Source: Dictyostelium discoideum (taxonomy: Eukaryota). Taken from it: a DNA stretch of 64,000 bases. The position numbers and the translations under genes were made by a program. Position 1 is the first letter of the stretch. The number at the start of each line of letters is the position of its first letter. Of the stretch, positions 38,401 to 55,236 are shown piece after piece. A model generated the notes under the pieces. That model saw only the letters and a list, made by a program, of their open reading frames with translations. It had not been told where the DNA came from and did no database searches. The stretch covers positions 4,224,001 to 4,288,000 of the forward strand of contig CM000152.2 in assembly GCA_000004695.1 (NCBI GenBank), given 5' to 3'.

Positions 38401-38733
38401 AAAAAAAATAAAAAAAATAATAAAATAAAAAAAATAAAAAAAAAATTATAAAATTAAAATAAAAAATAAAAGGTAAACAAAATTATTGAAAGAAAAGCAA
38501 TAATACACATTGGAAAAAAAAAATAAAAAAATAATAATAATTATAATTAGGATTAATCAATGATTACATTATATAATAATTTATATACAATTTATTTTCA
38601 TTATTATCAAAATTAATTAAAAAAATTTTTACTTGATAAGGATAAGTTTGAATACCAATATTTGTAACTACCAAAAAATATTATTTTTTTTTTTTTTTTA
38701 ATCTGACAATATTCATCTGATTCATACAGGTTA

Positions 38734-38765
<32 letters not shown>

Positions 38766-39597
38766 TGACCACTTTTGTGTGTGTTTTTTTTAAAGTTTGG
38801 TGAAAGAGTGTATCATTTTTTTTCATTTTTTTTCATTCATTAATTTATTTATTTTATTTGCTTTCTACCCTTTTTTTTTTTTTTTTTTTTTTTTTCATCT
38901 TACAAAAAAATAAGTTTACCTACCCAACAACACATATTTCACATGTATGTGTGTTTGTCAGATTACTCAATAAATAAATATTTATTGTTATTATTTCAAT
39001 GAACTGTGTGTTAAGTTGAAGTGTGTATTTTTTTTTTTTTTTTTTTTTTTAAACCCAATCAAAGAATAAATCTCAAAAAAAAAAAAAAAAATTGTGAGCA
39101 ATATATTTCAACCTATCAAAAAAAAAAAAAACCTTCTTATTTTGGTAAAAAATATTTTTACTTGAAATAAAAAAAAAAAAAAAAAAACCCTATTTACTTT
39201 TTTTTTTTTTTTTTTAACACATAATCTGTTTGTAGTTACAACAATACTTTCAAAAAACAAAAAAAAAATTAAAAAAAATTAAAAAAAATTAAAAAAAAAT
39301 TAAAATTTTTAAAAAAAAATAGCTATAAAATCTGCGTCAAGTCAATGCGAAAACAGAACGATAAAAATTGGCAAAGGAAAATAAAAAAAATATTTTATAT
39401 TTTCATAAAAAATAAAAAAAACAAAACAAAATAAAATAAAACAAAACAAAATAAAACAAAACAATTACTTTACTAAATGTAAATAAAAAATATTTTATTT
39501 TTATTAATCCATAATAAAATTAAAAATATCTTTTTTATATTTTTTTATTTTTTTTTTATATTTAAAAATATAAATACCATATATATACATATCTAAA

Positions 39598-39670
39598 ATG
39601 ATAAAATCAATTTTATCATTACAAAATTTTAAATTTATAAAACCTTGTACAAATTCATCAATTTTAAAAT

Positions 39671-39711
<41 letters not shown>

Positions 39712-41076
39712 GGTATAAATAAATATAATAGTACATTTAATAATAATAATTCAAATTTTTCAAATAAAAATTTATTTTCATCAAAACAATATCAACAACA
39801 ATCTATTTGTAATATACCAATTTTATCTACAATTTCATATCATAATAAAAATAATACAAATATAAATACTATTATTAATAATAATAATAGTAGTAATAAT
39901 AATTTAATTAATTTAAATGATAAATTTAATAATTTAAATAATAAAACATCACCAATAATATTTAATAAAAATTATTCAACAACTGTATCAACATTACTAG
40001 ATGATAATAATAGTAATAGTAATAATAACAACAATAGTAATAATAATAAACCAAGTACAACATTTGTAAATGATTGGATTAGTAAATTTCCAAATTCAGT
40101 TCAACCTTATCTTAGATTGAGTAGAGTTGATAAACCAATTGGAGTTTGGTTATTATTATATCCATGTTGTTGGAGTATTTCATTGGCAGCACCTGCCGGA
40201 TCATTTCCAGATTTAAAAACAATGTTGGTATTTGGTATTGGTGCATATGTAATGAGAAGTGCTGGTTGTGTTATAAATGATATGGCTGATTATAAATTTG
40301 ATTCAAAAGTTGAACGTACAAAAACTAGACCAATAGCTTCAAAACAATTAACTCATAAACAAAGTTTAATATTTTTAGGTGGTCAATTATTAGCTTCTTT
40401 TGGTTTAATTTTATCAAGTTTAAATTATTATACGTATGTAAAAAATTTAAAAAATAATAAAATAATAAAATAATAACAATAAAATAATAACAATAATAAA
40501 ATATATTTTTTTTTCATTAGTATTGCATTATGTGCATCATCATTACCAATTGTGGTATTGTATCCATTTATGAAAAGATTTACATATTATCCACAATTTG
40601 TATTAGGATTAGCATTTAATTGGGGAGCATTGGCTGGATATTCAGCGATTGCAGGATCATGTAATTGGTCAATCGTTGCACCATTATATTTGGCAGGTAT
40701 TAGTTGGACGATGGTTTATGATACAATCTATGCACATCAAGATAAAAGGGATGATATTTTAGTTGGTGTTAAATCTACTGCATTGAAATTTGCAGAAAAG
40801 AGTCGTATTATTTTATCAGTTTTCTCTGGTCTAGTTATATCTGGTATGTTTTTAACTGGTATCGCTGCAAATATGCCATTGTTTTATTATTTGGGTACTG
40901 CTGCTTGTAGTAGTCATTTAATTTGGCAATTGAAAACTGTAGATTTCAATAATCCTTCCTCTTGTCTTGAAAAATTCATTTCCAATAAGAATTTCGGTCT
41001 TTATTTCCTTTTAATCATTATAGTTTCAAAATTATTACAAGATAAAGAAAATGAAAATGAAATTCAAAAAAAATAA
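39598..41076 (+). CDS. coq2: 4-hydroxybenzoate polyprenyltransferase (COQ2, UbiA family) with an N-rich mitochondrial-type leader; exons 39598-40433 and 40521-41076
   Basis: UbiA motif NDMADYKFDSKVERT. The YPFMKRFTYYPQFVLGLAFNWGALAGYS and YAHQDKRDDILVGVKSTALKF blocks are near-identical to human COQ2. Intron is GTATGT at 40434 to cattag at 40520. Confidence 0.9.
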
Positions 41077-41274
41077 AACTTTATCTATTGAATAAATAAA
41101 TAAAAAATAAATAAAATAATAAAAAAAAAAAAAAAAAGAAATAAATGCGCAAAAAAAAAAGAAAAAAAATAATAACAATAAATGATATATATAAATATTT
41201 ATATACAAATAATCCTTTCCTTTTATTGTTGTTATTACTATCAAAGTTTTTTTTTTTTTTTTTTTTTTTTTTAT

Positions 41275-42052
41275 TTATTCATCACTATTTGTTGATGCAT
41301 TTGCAGCTTCTTCATTTAATTGAGAACGTGATTTTCTTTCATCCATTGATTTTAAATATTCTTGATGTTTTGGACCTTTTGAAACTCTTACCATTAATTC
41401 AACACTTGGTATACTATCTGTATGAATTTCTAATATAAAAAAAAATAAAAAAATATATATATTAAAATTCCACTCTTGGAAACCATCCTTTTTTTTTTTT
41501 TTTAAAAAAATTAAATTAAAACTTACTTTCAACTTTAATAACATCTTTTGATTTTAAATAGTCAATAGTTGTTACAACTTTTGCAATTGCTTCACCTAAA
41601 CCAGAAATATTAACAAATTCTTCAGTATCTAAATATCTTGCAGTGAGATCTGAAAAGTAATAAAGATTTTTTGTTTTTTCTGCTGATACCTTTATTTTTT
41701 TAATTTCTGGTTTGTTTGTATTTTCTGTTGTTGTTGTTGTTGTTGTTGGTGATGTGGCAGTTGTTGGTGATGTAATTGACGCTGTGGTTGGTGATGTTTG
41801 AGTTTCTACTATAAAATAATATTCATTTTTAATAATTTAATTATATTTATTTATTTATTTGTATATATATATTTTATTAATTTATTTATTAATTATTTAA
41901 AAGAGGAGAGAAAAAAAAAAAAAAATTAAAATAAAAAATAAAAAAAAGGTTTGATTTAATATGAGACATTTGAATTTTTTTATTTTTATTTTTATTTTTT
42001 AATTTTTATTTTTTTTTATTTTTTTTTCCTATTGATTTTAATTACCTGACAT
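41275..42052 (-). CDS. Alba-like protein, probable RNase P/MRP subunit Rpp20/Pop7 homologue; exons 42052-42046 (7-nt micro-exon ATGTCAG), 41808-41527, 41429-41275
   Basis: VNISGLGEAIAKVVTTIDYLK resembles the Alba/Rpp20 GLG.AI..A...A..L motif. Donors are GTAATT at 42045 and GTAAGT at 41526; acceptors are ttatag at 41809 and tattag at 41430; phases are consistent. Confidence 0.55.
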
Positions 42053-42690
42053 ATCTAGATATTTATAAATTTATTATTATTTAGTTTATTATGTTTGATA
42101 TTGTATTATTATTTTATTTATTATCTAATTTAATTTTAGTTTTTTAAAATCTTTATATTTTTTTTTTTCACTTTTTTATTTTATTTTTATTTTGTAAATG
42201 AACTCAATGAATTTTTTAATTTAATTATAAAAAAAATTATTTGAAAAAAAAAAAAAAAATAAAAAAAAAAAAAAAAAATTGTTTTTTTTTTTTTTCAAAC
42301 AAAATATGCATTATTTTTATTTTTTTTATTTTTTTTTTTTTATTTATTTTCTTTTATTTTATTTTTATATTTCCTTTTTTTTTTACCAAAATAAGAATGA
42401 TAAATGTTTTTTTATTAAACCAATTTAAATTGGCATTTTTTTATTTTAAATGAACAATCTCCATTACAAAAAATAAAATAAATTATCAAAAAAATAATTA
42501 ACCTTCAGTATTCGTCCATCGGTTAAGTTTTATCAATTTTGTCTTATTTATAAAAAATAGAGTTTTTTTTGAATTGGGTACCGAATGGATGAGATCTTAG
42601 GTCACACAGATTTAACCAAACTTTCCTACCCTTGCTTTAAATTATAAAAAATAATTTTAATGTAATATTAAATTTGAAAATATCAAAAAT

Positions 42691-42763
42691 GCCCGGCTAG
42701 CTCAGTCGGTAGAGCGCCAGACTCTTAATCTGGTGGTCGGGGGTTCGAGCCCCCCGTTGGGCG
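42691..42763 (+). tRNA. tRNA-Lys (anticodon CUU)
   Basis: 73-nt cloverleaf with anticodon loop CTCTTAA and T-arm GGGGGTTCGAGCCCCCC, followed by a T-run. Confidence 0.9.
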
Positions 42764-42766
42764 AAT

Positions 42767-42773
42767 TTTTTTC
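42767..42773 (+). terminator. Pol III oligo(T) terminator after tRNA-Lys(CUU)
   Basis: ttttttt immediately 3' of the tRNA. Confidence 0.5.
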
Positions 42774-42839
42774 CAATACAACCACTTGTACGAAGTTCGT
42801 ATTTTTGAATGGTATATTAATATGAAAAAAAAAAAAAAA

Positions 42840-43195
42840 ACAATAACAAAATACGTAATTAGAAATCTAAATTAATATTTTTTATTAATAAAGATTTAAA
42901 ATAATTAATTGTATAGTGATGAACCTTCTAAAAATGAAAAGATTTCATATTCCACTCTACCTAATAAATGTTACAAACTAGAATATAAAAAATTAATTAA
43001 CTCTTTCAAAAGATCCCAGCAATTTTAAAGACCTAAACGATTTCTTTAAACATTATATTTAACTTCACTATATTTAAAATTCTGAATTTTGATAATTAAA
43101 TAAAAGGAATACCTACTTGACATTTTATAACTTGTGATGTTTGTGAATTAATAATTAGGTTTATAATCGACTATACATTGATATCAAAGATGCAT
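42840..43195 (+). mobile_element. Retroelement fragment homologous to the tRNA-Gly-downstream element (TRE3-like)
   Basis: aaactagaatataaaa...ctctttcaaaagatcccagcaattttaaagacc matches 17795-17870, beginning ~80-150 bp downstream of tRNA-Lys(CUU). Confidence 0.4.
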
Positions 43196-43211
43196 AATTA
43201 GACTACAATAA

Positions 43212-44050
43212 TATTCATAAAAAATGGTATTTTTTTTTTTTTATATAATCAACAATCTGACGTTTATTTGTTTGAATTTTTGGTGTTTTTGTTGTATCTC
43301 TTTTTGCCAACGAGGTGGATTTGTGGGGTTTATGGGAATTCCAAGTAGATTTAAGCTTTTCTCCAAAATCATGATCGATTTTAACTTCGTTGGTTTTGAT
43401 GGAACTTAGTTATCTCTCTTTTCTCTTTCTTCTTCTTGTATTTTGTAAGAAATACCACGTACTGGATAATTAGCAATACGTCTCATTAAATGGGTACAGA
43501 AACCTTAAATCTTGTTTCTGTACCCATACCTCTAGAGGTTTTGATAAAGAATAATCTTTTATTATTTGGTTTTTAATATTTTTAATTTGTATGATGTATT
43601 TGATTCTGTTACAAATTGGGAGGATGTCTTTTGATGATGCTAATTTAAGAATTATATCATAGTCTAATGTTGTGGCTTGGGTTTTAGTAGAGTTGATTTC
43701 AAATCCATATACATACTTGGTGAAATATCATTGCTATTAAGTTTTTATAGGAGAAATGTCTTGAGAGGTCATAATCTATGGCCTTGTAGCACCATATGAA
43801 GTGTGGTTTATGAAATCTTATATGAATGTAGTCCATGTTGATTTCGTAGTCTTTCTTCATATAAGGATTATTGGTGTGATTTTGTTTTATTGTTTATAAT
43901 CATTCATTCGTGTAACCAGTTAGATTTCCCGCCTGTTGATTTGAAGATGAATCTCGTTAGTTTGGTAGTGTTAATATATGAATATAAATAGCTCAAAATT
44001 TCTGTATCCCAAACTCTGCCTAACCAATTAAAGTATAAATAACCATATCT
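43212..44050 (-). mobile_element. Non-coding, degenerate retroelement-like sequence on the minus strand with a poly(A) tail (T15 on the plus strand at 43211-43225), downstream of tRNA-Lys(UUU)
   Basis: Complex, non-AT-rich sequence with no long ORF. A hairpin ggtacagaaacaagatttaaggtttctgtaccc is present. Confidence 0.3.
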
Positions 44051-44061
44051 GGAATTGAACC
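44051..44061 (-). promoter_or_regulatory. ex-B box (GGTTCAATTCC on the minus strand) ~32 bp downstream of tRNA-Lys(UUU)
   Basis: Matches the B-box consensus GGTTCGANTCC. Part of the flank duplicated at 46276-46314; an orphan copy lies at 45613-45623. Confidence 0.5.
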
Positions 44062-44092
44062 TGTGATCTATCTTATACTAAATCTAAAATTT

Positions 44093-44165
44093 CGCCCAAA
44101 GGGGGGCTCGAACCCCCGACCACAAGGTTAAAAGCCTTGCGCTCTACCGACTGAGCTATCTGGGC
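44093..44165 (-). tRNA. tRNA-Lys (anticodon UUU)
   Basis: The reverse complement gives gcccagatagctcagtcggtagagcgcaaggcttttaaccttgtggtcgggggttcgagcccccctttgggcg, with anticodon loop CTTTTAA. Confidence 0.9.
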
Positions 44166-44212
44166 ATTTTTGGAAATTTCGAAATTAAAAACAACTACAG
44201 AACGATTTTTTA

Positions 44213-45062
44213 AGCCTGGAAGTTGTTGCACCACCCAAGAGAGCGAATAACTCTCAAACTAAACCAAGTCAAACCCAAATACGAAAACAAACAAAAATTA
44301 AAAGTAATCTATAGAAACATGATGGATATCAAATACAAGGGATGGAACAAACACCAGCCAACAACAGGTCAAAAACTGATTCAAAAGAACATTAATCACC
44401 CAATTCTACCATTTAGAGAAGCCAGATCAATCACAACTATCAAAGGAAGAGACTTAGCGTGGAGATATCTACTCAAGGCACTTCCAAAACACCATGGGGA
44501 GAATTGTCACTCATGTAAAGAAGAAGAGTCGTCTATGCACATCTTCTTCGAATGCAAATCAATAAAACAGAATATCGACTCAATCTATCAAAAGGTCTGT
44601 AAAGACTCCAACAACACTTACCACGGTCCATGGAGCGAAAAAGTTCTCGGAAAACTACTCACACCATTCTCATCAAATCTGATAGGAGCCATTATGGAAT
44701 CGATATGGTACAGAAGAAATCAAATAAAATTCAACGATAACACTACAATAATAACAGAGAACCAAATAATTCATAAAATCAAAAAAGCGAGAGATGCCGA
44801 ATGGGATAGAACAAGAAAGATAGTAGAAAAGCAACTACGTCAAGAACTAAGATGCACTGATAACCGAGAGTCAATCAATCGGACCGCATCAATAAAAAGA
44901 AGACTCGAAAAATTCAGCCACAACTGGAACTCGAAACTCATGACCATAAACATCCCGGAACACTTCATACCATACTGCTCATATAACACCAACTCATAAA
45001 AAAAAAAAAAAAAAAAATTATAACAATAATAATAATAATAATAATATAATAATAATAATAAT

Positions 45063-45093
<31 letters not shown>

Positions 45094-45106
45094 TAAGAAT
45101 AACAAG

Positions 45107-45164
<58 letters not shown>

Positions 45165-45170
45165 AAACTC
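44213..45170 (+). mobile_element. 5'-truncated tRNA-upstream non-LTR retrotransposon fragment (TRE5-like): ORF2 C-terminal tail (intact 258-aa ORF 44223-44999 with a CCHC-type zinc finger) plus an A-rich/(AAT)n 3' tract
   Basis: Begins ~50-58 bp upstream of the tRNA-Lys(UUU) 5' end, the classic TRE5 position. Contains HGENCHSCKEEESSMHIFFECKS. Followed by A16, (AAT)n and an A45 tract at 45000-45160. Confidence 0.5.
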
Positions 45171-45227
45171 TCCTAGAACACACTCAAATTGAGTGATGTT
45201 ATTACGATTTTTTTTAACCATCTCTTT

Positions 45228-45440
45228 TAGAGGCCCTGTAAAAATATTACAAATAAAATGAGATCTAGCATCTCAAGGAGATGCAACTAATAATTGTCTG
45301 ATTAAAAAAATAAAAAAACTAGATTGTTAACACTTACTTTATGAGGCCTAGTAAACTACAAATAAAATGGGACCTAGAATCTACAGGAGAGGCAACTAAA
45401 CATTTCACTATCCAATACAAAAAAGGTCGATTTTTAATTT
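45228..45440 (+). repeat. Two tandem ~105-bp repeats (gaggccctgtaaaaatattacaaataaaatgagatctagcatctcaaggagatgcaactaa / gaggcctagtaaactacaaataaaatgggacctagaatctacaggagaggcaactaa)
   Basis: Direct repeat immediately 3' of the A-rich tract, possibly a retroelement 3' (C-module-like) region. Confidence 0.5.
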
Positions 45441-45599
45441 GAATAATAAAATTTCATATTTGAAATGAAAGCGATAGTTGTTTCATTACAGTCACACTAG
45501 AAACAACTTCAATTAATTATTGGAATATAATTGTGTAAATATTTTATGTAAAAATTGATGTTTATGAAATGTTGGATTTAACTTATGTTTAGTTAATGA

Positions 45600-46314
45600 T
45601 TTAATAAGTTAGGAGTTGAACCTGTGATCTATCTTATTTTTTTTTTGATATAAATAAACTATTGTAGTATACAATTAGTATGTTATTTTTATTTATTTAT
45701 TTTAGGTTTTTTAGTTTTTGTGAATTTAAAATAGTATGTTATTTTAGATTAGGTAATTAATAATTAATTGGTGGTGTAATTGTTGGAATTGGTTCATTAG
45801 TGTTTATGCTCCATTCTTTTTTAAATTTTTTGATGGTTTCGGACCATTGGGTTTCTTTTTGAGTTTTTGTGAGGTTGTTTTTAATTGAGTATTGGTTAAA
45901 GTTCTTGAATATTCCAATCTTATTAGCTTGTGCCATTTTGATTTTAATATATCATAATCTAGTGTTGTGTTGTTTATTTGGTTGTTCTAATTATCAATTG
46001 ATTGAGTTATATTGATGTCAAATAATGATTTGCATAACCATATCCATATTTGGTGAATAACTAATGAGATTATGTTCCAATATGCATGTGTTCTGACTAG
46101 ATCAAGATTTGTGTTTATATAATTCCAGTTGAACCTGTATTTTTTATATTGTGCGTTTTCTGCAAAATGAAAATTAATATTGATAGTTGGATCTGGTTTA
46201 AATGCTTTGTTGTTTGTTTGTGGTTTATAGATGAGTGTGTATAATTTTGTTGTTTGGTTTTTTGTTAGTGACCAGTTTTTGATAGTGATCTATCTTATAC
46301 TAAATTTAAAATTT
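45600..46314 (-). mobile_element. Degenerate retroelement-like sequence plus a duplicated tRNA-Lys(UUU) 3' flank; includes an orphan ex-B-box copy (45613-45623) not attached to a tRNA
   Basis: gttgaacctgtgatctatcttat at 45613 and gtgatctatcttatactaaatttaaaatttcgccc at 46280 copy the flank at 44057-44095. No ORF longer than 60 aa. Confidence 0.3.
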
Positions 46315-46387
46315 CGCCCAAAGGGGGGCTCGAACCCCCGACCACAAGGTTAAAAGCCTTGCGCTCTACCGACTGAGCTATCTGGGC
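46315..46387 (-). tRNA. tRNA-Lys (anticodon UUU), second identical copy
   Basis: Identical 73-nt sequence to 44093-44165. Confidence 0.9.
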
Positions 46388-46636
46388 ATATTTGAAAATT
46401 TTAATTTTTTTACAAAATCACATTGATTTTTAATGACAATCGAAAATTTAAAATTTTAAATAAAAATAAAACAAAAGCAATAGAAATCTTTTTTTTTTTA
46501 AAAACAATTCTATCAAGATTTGAATTGAAATTGATTGAGGTATTAACTTCATTCTAAACCTAAAAAAAAAACTTTTTTTTAAATTTTTTTTTTTTTTTAT
46601 TTTTCTATTTTTTTTTAGAAAACACATCGCACCACC

Positions 46637-47083
46637 ATGGACAAGTTATTTTTTTTTGTTTTTAGAAATAGTTTCATAAGGAGAAGAATATTTTATTATC
46701 TTCGATTTATAAACTGTCATTATTATAAAAGATATTTTTTAAAAAATGATATTTCAAATTTAGTAAGTTACCCATATATTAATGAAATTAATAGTTTAGA
46801 GATTTCATTCCAAACAGTTGAAGATGAAAATATATTCAATGCTTTGAACCTTTGCAATTTAAAAAAATTAAAAATCAACTCAACTTCATTTCAAAACTCT
46901 AGTATATTTCAATCACTTAATTCCCTCACAATTGTTCATCCAATAAATGAAAATATCTTAAAACAAAATTTTCTAATTCAATTTCAAAATTTAAAGAAAA
47001 TAAAATTTCACCCTTCATTTAACCAAATTTTAAAACAACAATCAAAAAACAACAATAACAATAATAATAATAACAATAATCCA

Positions 47084-47133
<50 letters not shown>

Positions 47134-48730
47134 TAATAATAATAATAATAAAAATAATAGTTATTATATTGAAATACCAAATTCAATAACTAGTATTCAA
47201 TTTTATGAATTTTCAATATCATTAGAATCATTAATAGGATTACCACCAAATTTAACAAAGTTAATAATTAAAAAAACAAAAGATTATTTAGATAGCCAAT
47301 ACTTTTATGAAAGTAAAATTAAAACTCTAGAACTAGGTGGTGAATTTAATAGTGAAATAAAGAAATTCTATTTACCAAAAGATTTGGTAAATTTAAAATT
47401 GAGTGATTCATTTAATCAACCCATTTCAAATGATTCATTACCAAGTTCATTAAAAACTTTAGAGATTGGTGATTTATTTAATCAAAAAATTAAAAAATTA
47501 CCAAATGGATTGGAATCATTAATATTGGGAAATTCATTTAATCAAACATTTCAAATTGGATCATTACCAGAGAGTTTAAAAGAATTGGTACTTAGTCCAT
47601 TTTATAATAAACCAATTAAAACTGAACTTTTTAACAATTTGAAATCATTAATTAAATTAACATTTAGTTCACCAACTCATACAAAAGGTTCAATTCTTAG
47701 TAGTGGTGGTGGTGGCGGTAGTGGTGGTAGTGGTGGTGGTAGTGGTACATTTAATTATCCTCCAAATTTAGAAGAACTTTATTTTTCAAATACTGATGAC
47801 AATTTAAGTGAAGGTAGTTTAAGATCATTCTTCTTTCCAAATAAAATTAATAATTTACCACCAATTGAAACTTGTAATACTTTGAAAAAGATATCACTTT
47901 GTTTATTAAGAACTTATTCACCAATTCCAAAATCAGTTAAAGTATTAGCACTATATGAACTAAGTTTTAAAATGTTTAATAAAAACCTTGGTTTACCACC
48001 GAGTCAAAAGGAGAAAATTAAATTCGATATACCAAAACATATTGAAACTTTAATCTTTCTATCATTAAATTTTCAAATTCATAGTGATAGTTTAAGAATT
48101 TCAAACCTTTGTTATCTAGAATTTGGTAGTTTTTTTAATTGTCCACTTCCAGAATCTGAATATTCTTATCCTCCATCACTAACTTCAATCATTTTACCAT
48201 GGGATTATAGTTGTAAAATCAATTATTTACCAAAGAATTTAAAAGAATTTTATTTCAGTAAAGATCCAATACCATTGAAACAATCATTAAGAATTGAATA
48301 TGCCTCTTCTTCGTCATCTCAAATTTCCTATAGGTATTCATTTGAAAATATTTTACCCCCATCATTACAAGTTTTATATTTACCATGGTTTCATAAATTT
48401 TCAATTGAATCAAATCAATTACCACAATCAATTACTAAATTAAGAATTTCTTCAAATTTTCAAAATCAAACAATTACTTTTAATAATTTACCAACAAATA
48501 TTAAATCATTAATTATTACTGGTAATCCAACAATTATTAATTTACCATCAACTTTAAATTCTTTAATAATTTATAATTCAAATTCAAATTTTATAAATCA
48601 ATTATTTAATCAATCATTTCAAAATGAAAATGAAAATGAAAATGAAAATAATTTAACAACAATTGGTAATAGTCTTTTATTAAATAATATTTTAGAAATT
48701 CATTCAGATGAAACTATAATTTTAAAATAA
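46637..48730 (+). CDS. FNIP-repeat-containing protein (Dictyostelium-specific repeat family)
   Basis: Repeated LP(N/S/E)SLK.L.(I/L)G..FNQ.I units and a gly/ser-rich insert, with the typical N-terminal FRNSFIRRRIFYYLRF leader. Single ORF. Confidence 0.8.
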
Positions 48731-48790
48731 AAATAATTATTATTAAATAAAATAAAATAAAAAAAATAATAAAACTATTAAATATTTATT

Positions 48791-53032
<4,242 letters not shown>

Positions 53033-53761
53033 TCTTGTAATTGTTTGTTTTATAAAAATAAAAAAAAGAAAAAAAAAAAAAGTTGAAAAAAAAAAAAAAA
53101 AAAAAAAGTAAGAAATTACGGGAAAATTAAGTACTTTTTTTTTTTTGAAACTAATTTTTTGAAGATCGTAATAATAATAACAATATAATTATAGTTATAA
53201 TAAATAATAATTAATAATAACAAAAATATAAAAAGTATAAAAATAAAAAATGTTTATTTAAATTACATCCAAAATTTTCACTCATCAAACAAAAAAAAAA
53301 ATAAAAATAAAAAAAAACATTGATATCAATCAACAGGACTAAAACAAATAAATTTGGATAGGTTCGCTATCTATATTTTACCCTTTCTTTTATTAAAAGC
53401 TGTGTTTGTTGTTTCATTTGAATTTATGAAAATATTAATAATTTTTTCACTTTTTTTCGTTTTATTTTAAAAGTTTTTTTTAAAATTATTGAAATAAAAA
53501 TAAAATAAATAAATAATTATAATAAATAAAAAAAAATCATTGAATCACTAAATCAAAGAAAAATAAATTAAATTTAATTTAGTGATCAAAAACCAGGGTT
53601 TTGATCGTATTCATTGAAAAAAAAAAAAATAAAAAAAAAAGTAAAAAAATAAAAAAAAAATCCTCCAACTTTTCAAACAGCGCATTACCACCCATCAAAA
53701 AAATCTTTGAAATTGGGAATATGTTTTGTGTAAATATTGTTCTAAAAAAAATTTAAAAAAA

Positions 53762-53800
<39 letters not shown>

Positions 53801-54173
53801 AAAATAATTTTATTTTCGTAAAAAAACATTAATGGTTTTCCTTTTAAATTGTTATTTGAAATCATTTTTCACATGTGTAAAATAAAAATAAAAATAAAAA
53901 TAAGATAAATATTTAAACTAAAAAAAAAAAAAATTGGGTTATTTAAAAAATAAAAAAATAAAAAAAAATTTGAAGATCGATATATGTAAGGTGTATACAC
54001 TTGAAAAAAAGAGAGAAAAATACCCAAAAAAAAAAGAATTTTTACCACACAGGCACATAACCTTTTTTTTTTTTTTTTTACATACACACACACAAAAAAA
54101 AAATTTTTTTTTAAATTATTTTTATTTTTATTATTATTTATTAAATTTTTTTTAATCACTTTATTTTATTATA

Positions 54174-54206
<33 letters not shown>

Positions 54207-54354
54207 CACCACCAAATTCACTGAAAAAAAAAGTAATGATACCAATAATAAAAACAATAATAATAAATAATAATAAATTGATATAAAAAAATAAAATAAA
54301 AAAAATAAAAAAATAAAAAAATAAAAAAAAAAAATAAATAAAAATAAAAGGGAA

Positions 54355-55200
54355 ATGCCAAGTAAAGAATTTATTATTCCATTAATTTTATTATGTTTTT
54401 ATTCAGTAAATGGATTTGTAGCAGTAATATCATCATTGGTAGAATTATTTATACACAAAGCATCATGGAACTCAATCAAAATATTTTTTTATAGTCTATT
54501 AATTTTACAATGTTTATGTAGATGTATTATTATTGGTTGGGGAATGATCGAAACTGTTCAAGGTGGTGAATTTTATAGTAATTTTCCATCATTATTATTT
54601 ATTTCATATGCTGGTTTAGTCGCATTACAAATGTAAGATTAATAATTATAATTCCATATGCAATGGATTTAAACAATAAAATAAAAAAAAAAAAATAAAA
54701 AAAAAAAAAAATATTAACACACACACAAATAAATTAATTATTTATTTTTTTATTTTTTTTTTATTTTAATATTTTAGGATTCAATTTTTACCAAATGATA
54801 ATCAATATTTATTATTATCAGAAGGTAAAAAAAATAATCATAAAGTTAAAGTTGGAACCAACATTTTAATATTTTTTAATTTATTTATGTATTTTGGAAT
54901 GTTTTTATTATTTGGAATTGCAGAGAAACAAGTTGGAAATTCAACTAGTTTTAATCATCATGGTAATCATAATTCTACAACATCTACATCAACTGATGAA
55001 ATACCTTTGGTTTCAACAGAAGTTGGAGAATTATATCTTTTTGGTGACAAAGATCCAATTTATATTGTATTGGATTGTTTTTATTTTGTATGTTTATTAT
55101 TATTATTAATTTTTCATTCTTATGTTGGTTGGAAAACTTATAAAAGAAATAAAGATTTATTTGGTATAAAAGTAAGTTTTAAGAAAAAAAAAAAAAAAAT

Positions 55201-55236
<36 letters not shown>

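Noticed and set aside
53530-53590. Hairpin gaatcactaaat...atttagtgatc (9-bp stem, ~25-nt loop)
   Set aside because: It is isolated and AT-rich, and such stems arise by chance in this composition. No accompanying terminator or RNA gene context was found.
53685-53700. DUSE-like motif accacccatcaaa (ncRNA upstream element) in the 53-54 kb spacer
   Set aside because: It is an imperfect match to (A/T)CCCA(C/T)AA, and nothing RNA-like lies ~60 bp downstream, only A/T tracts.
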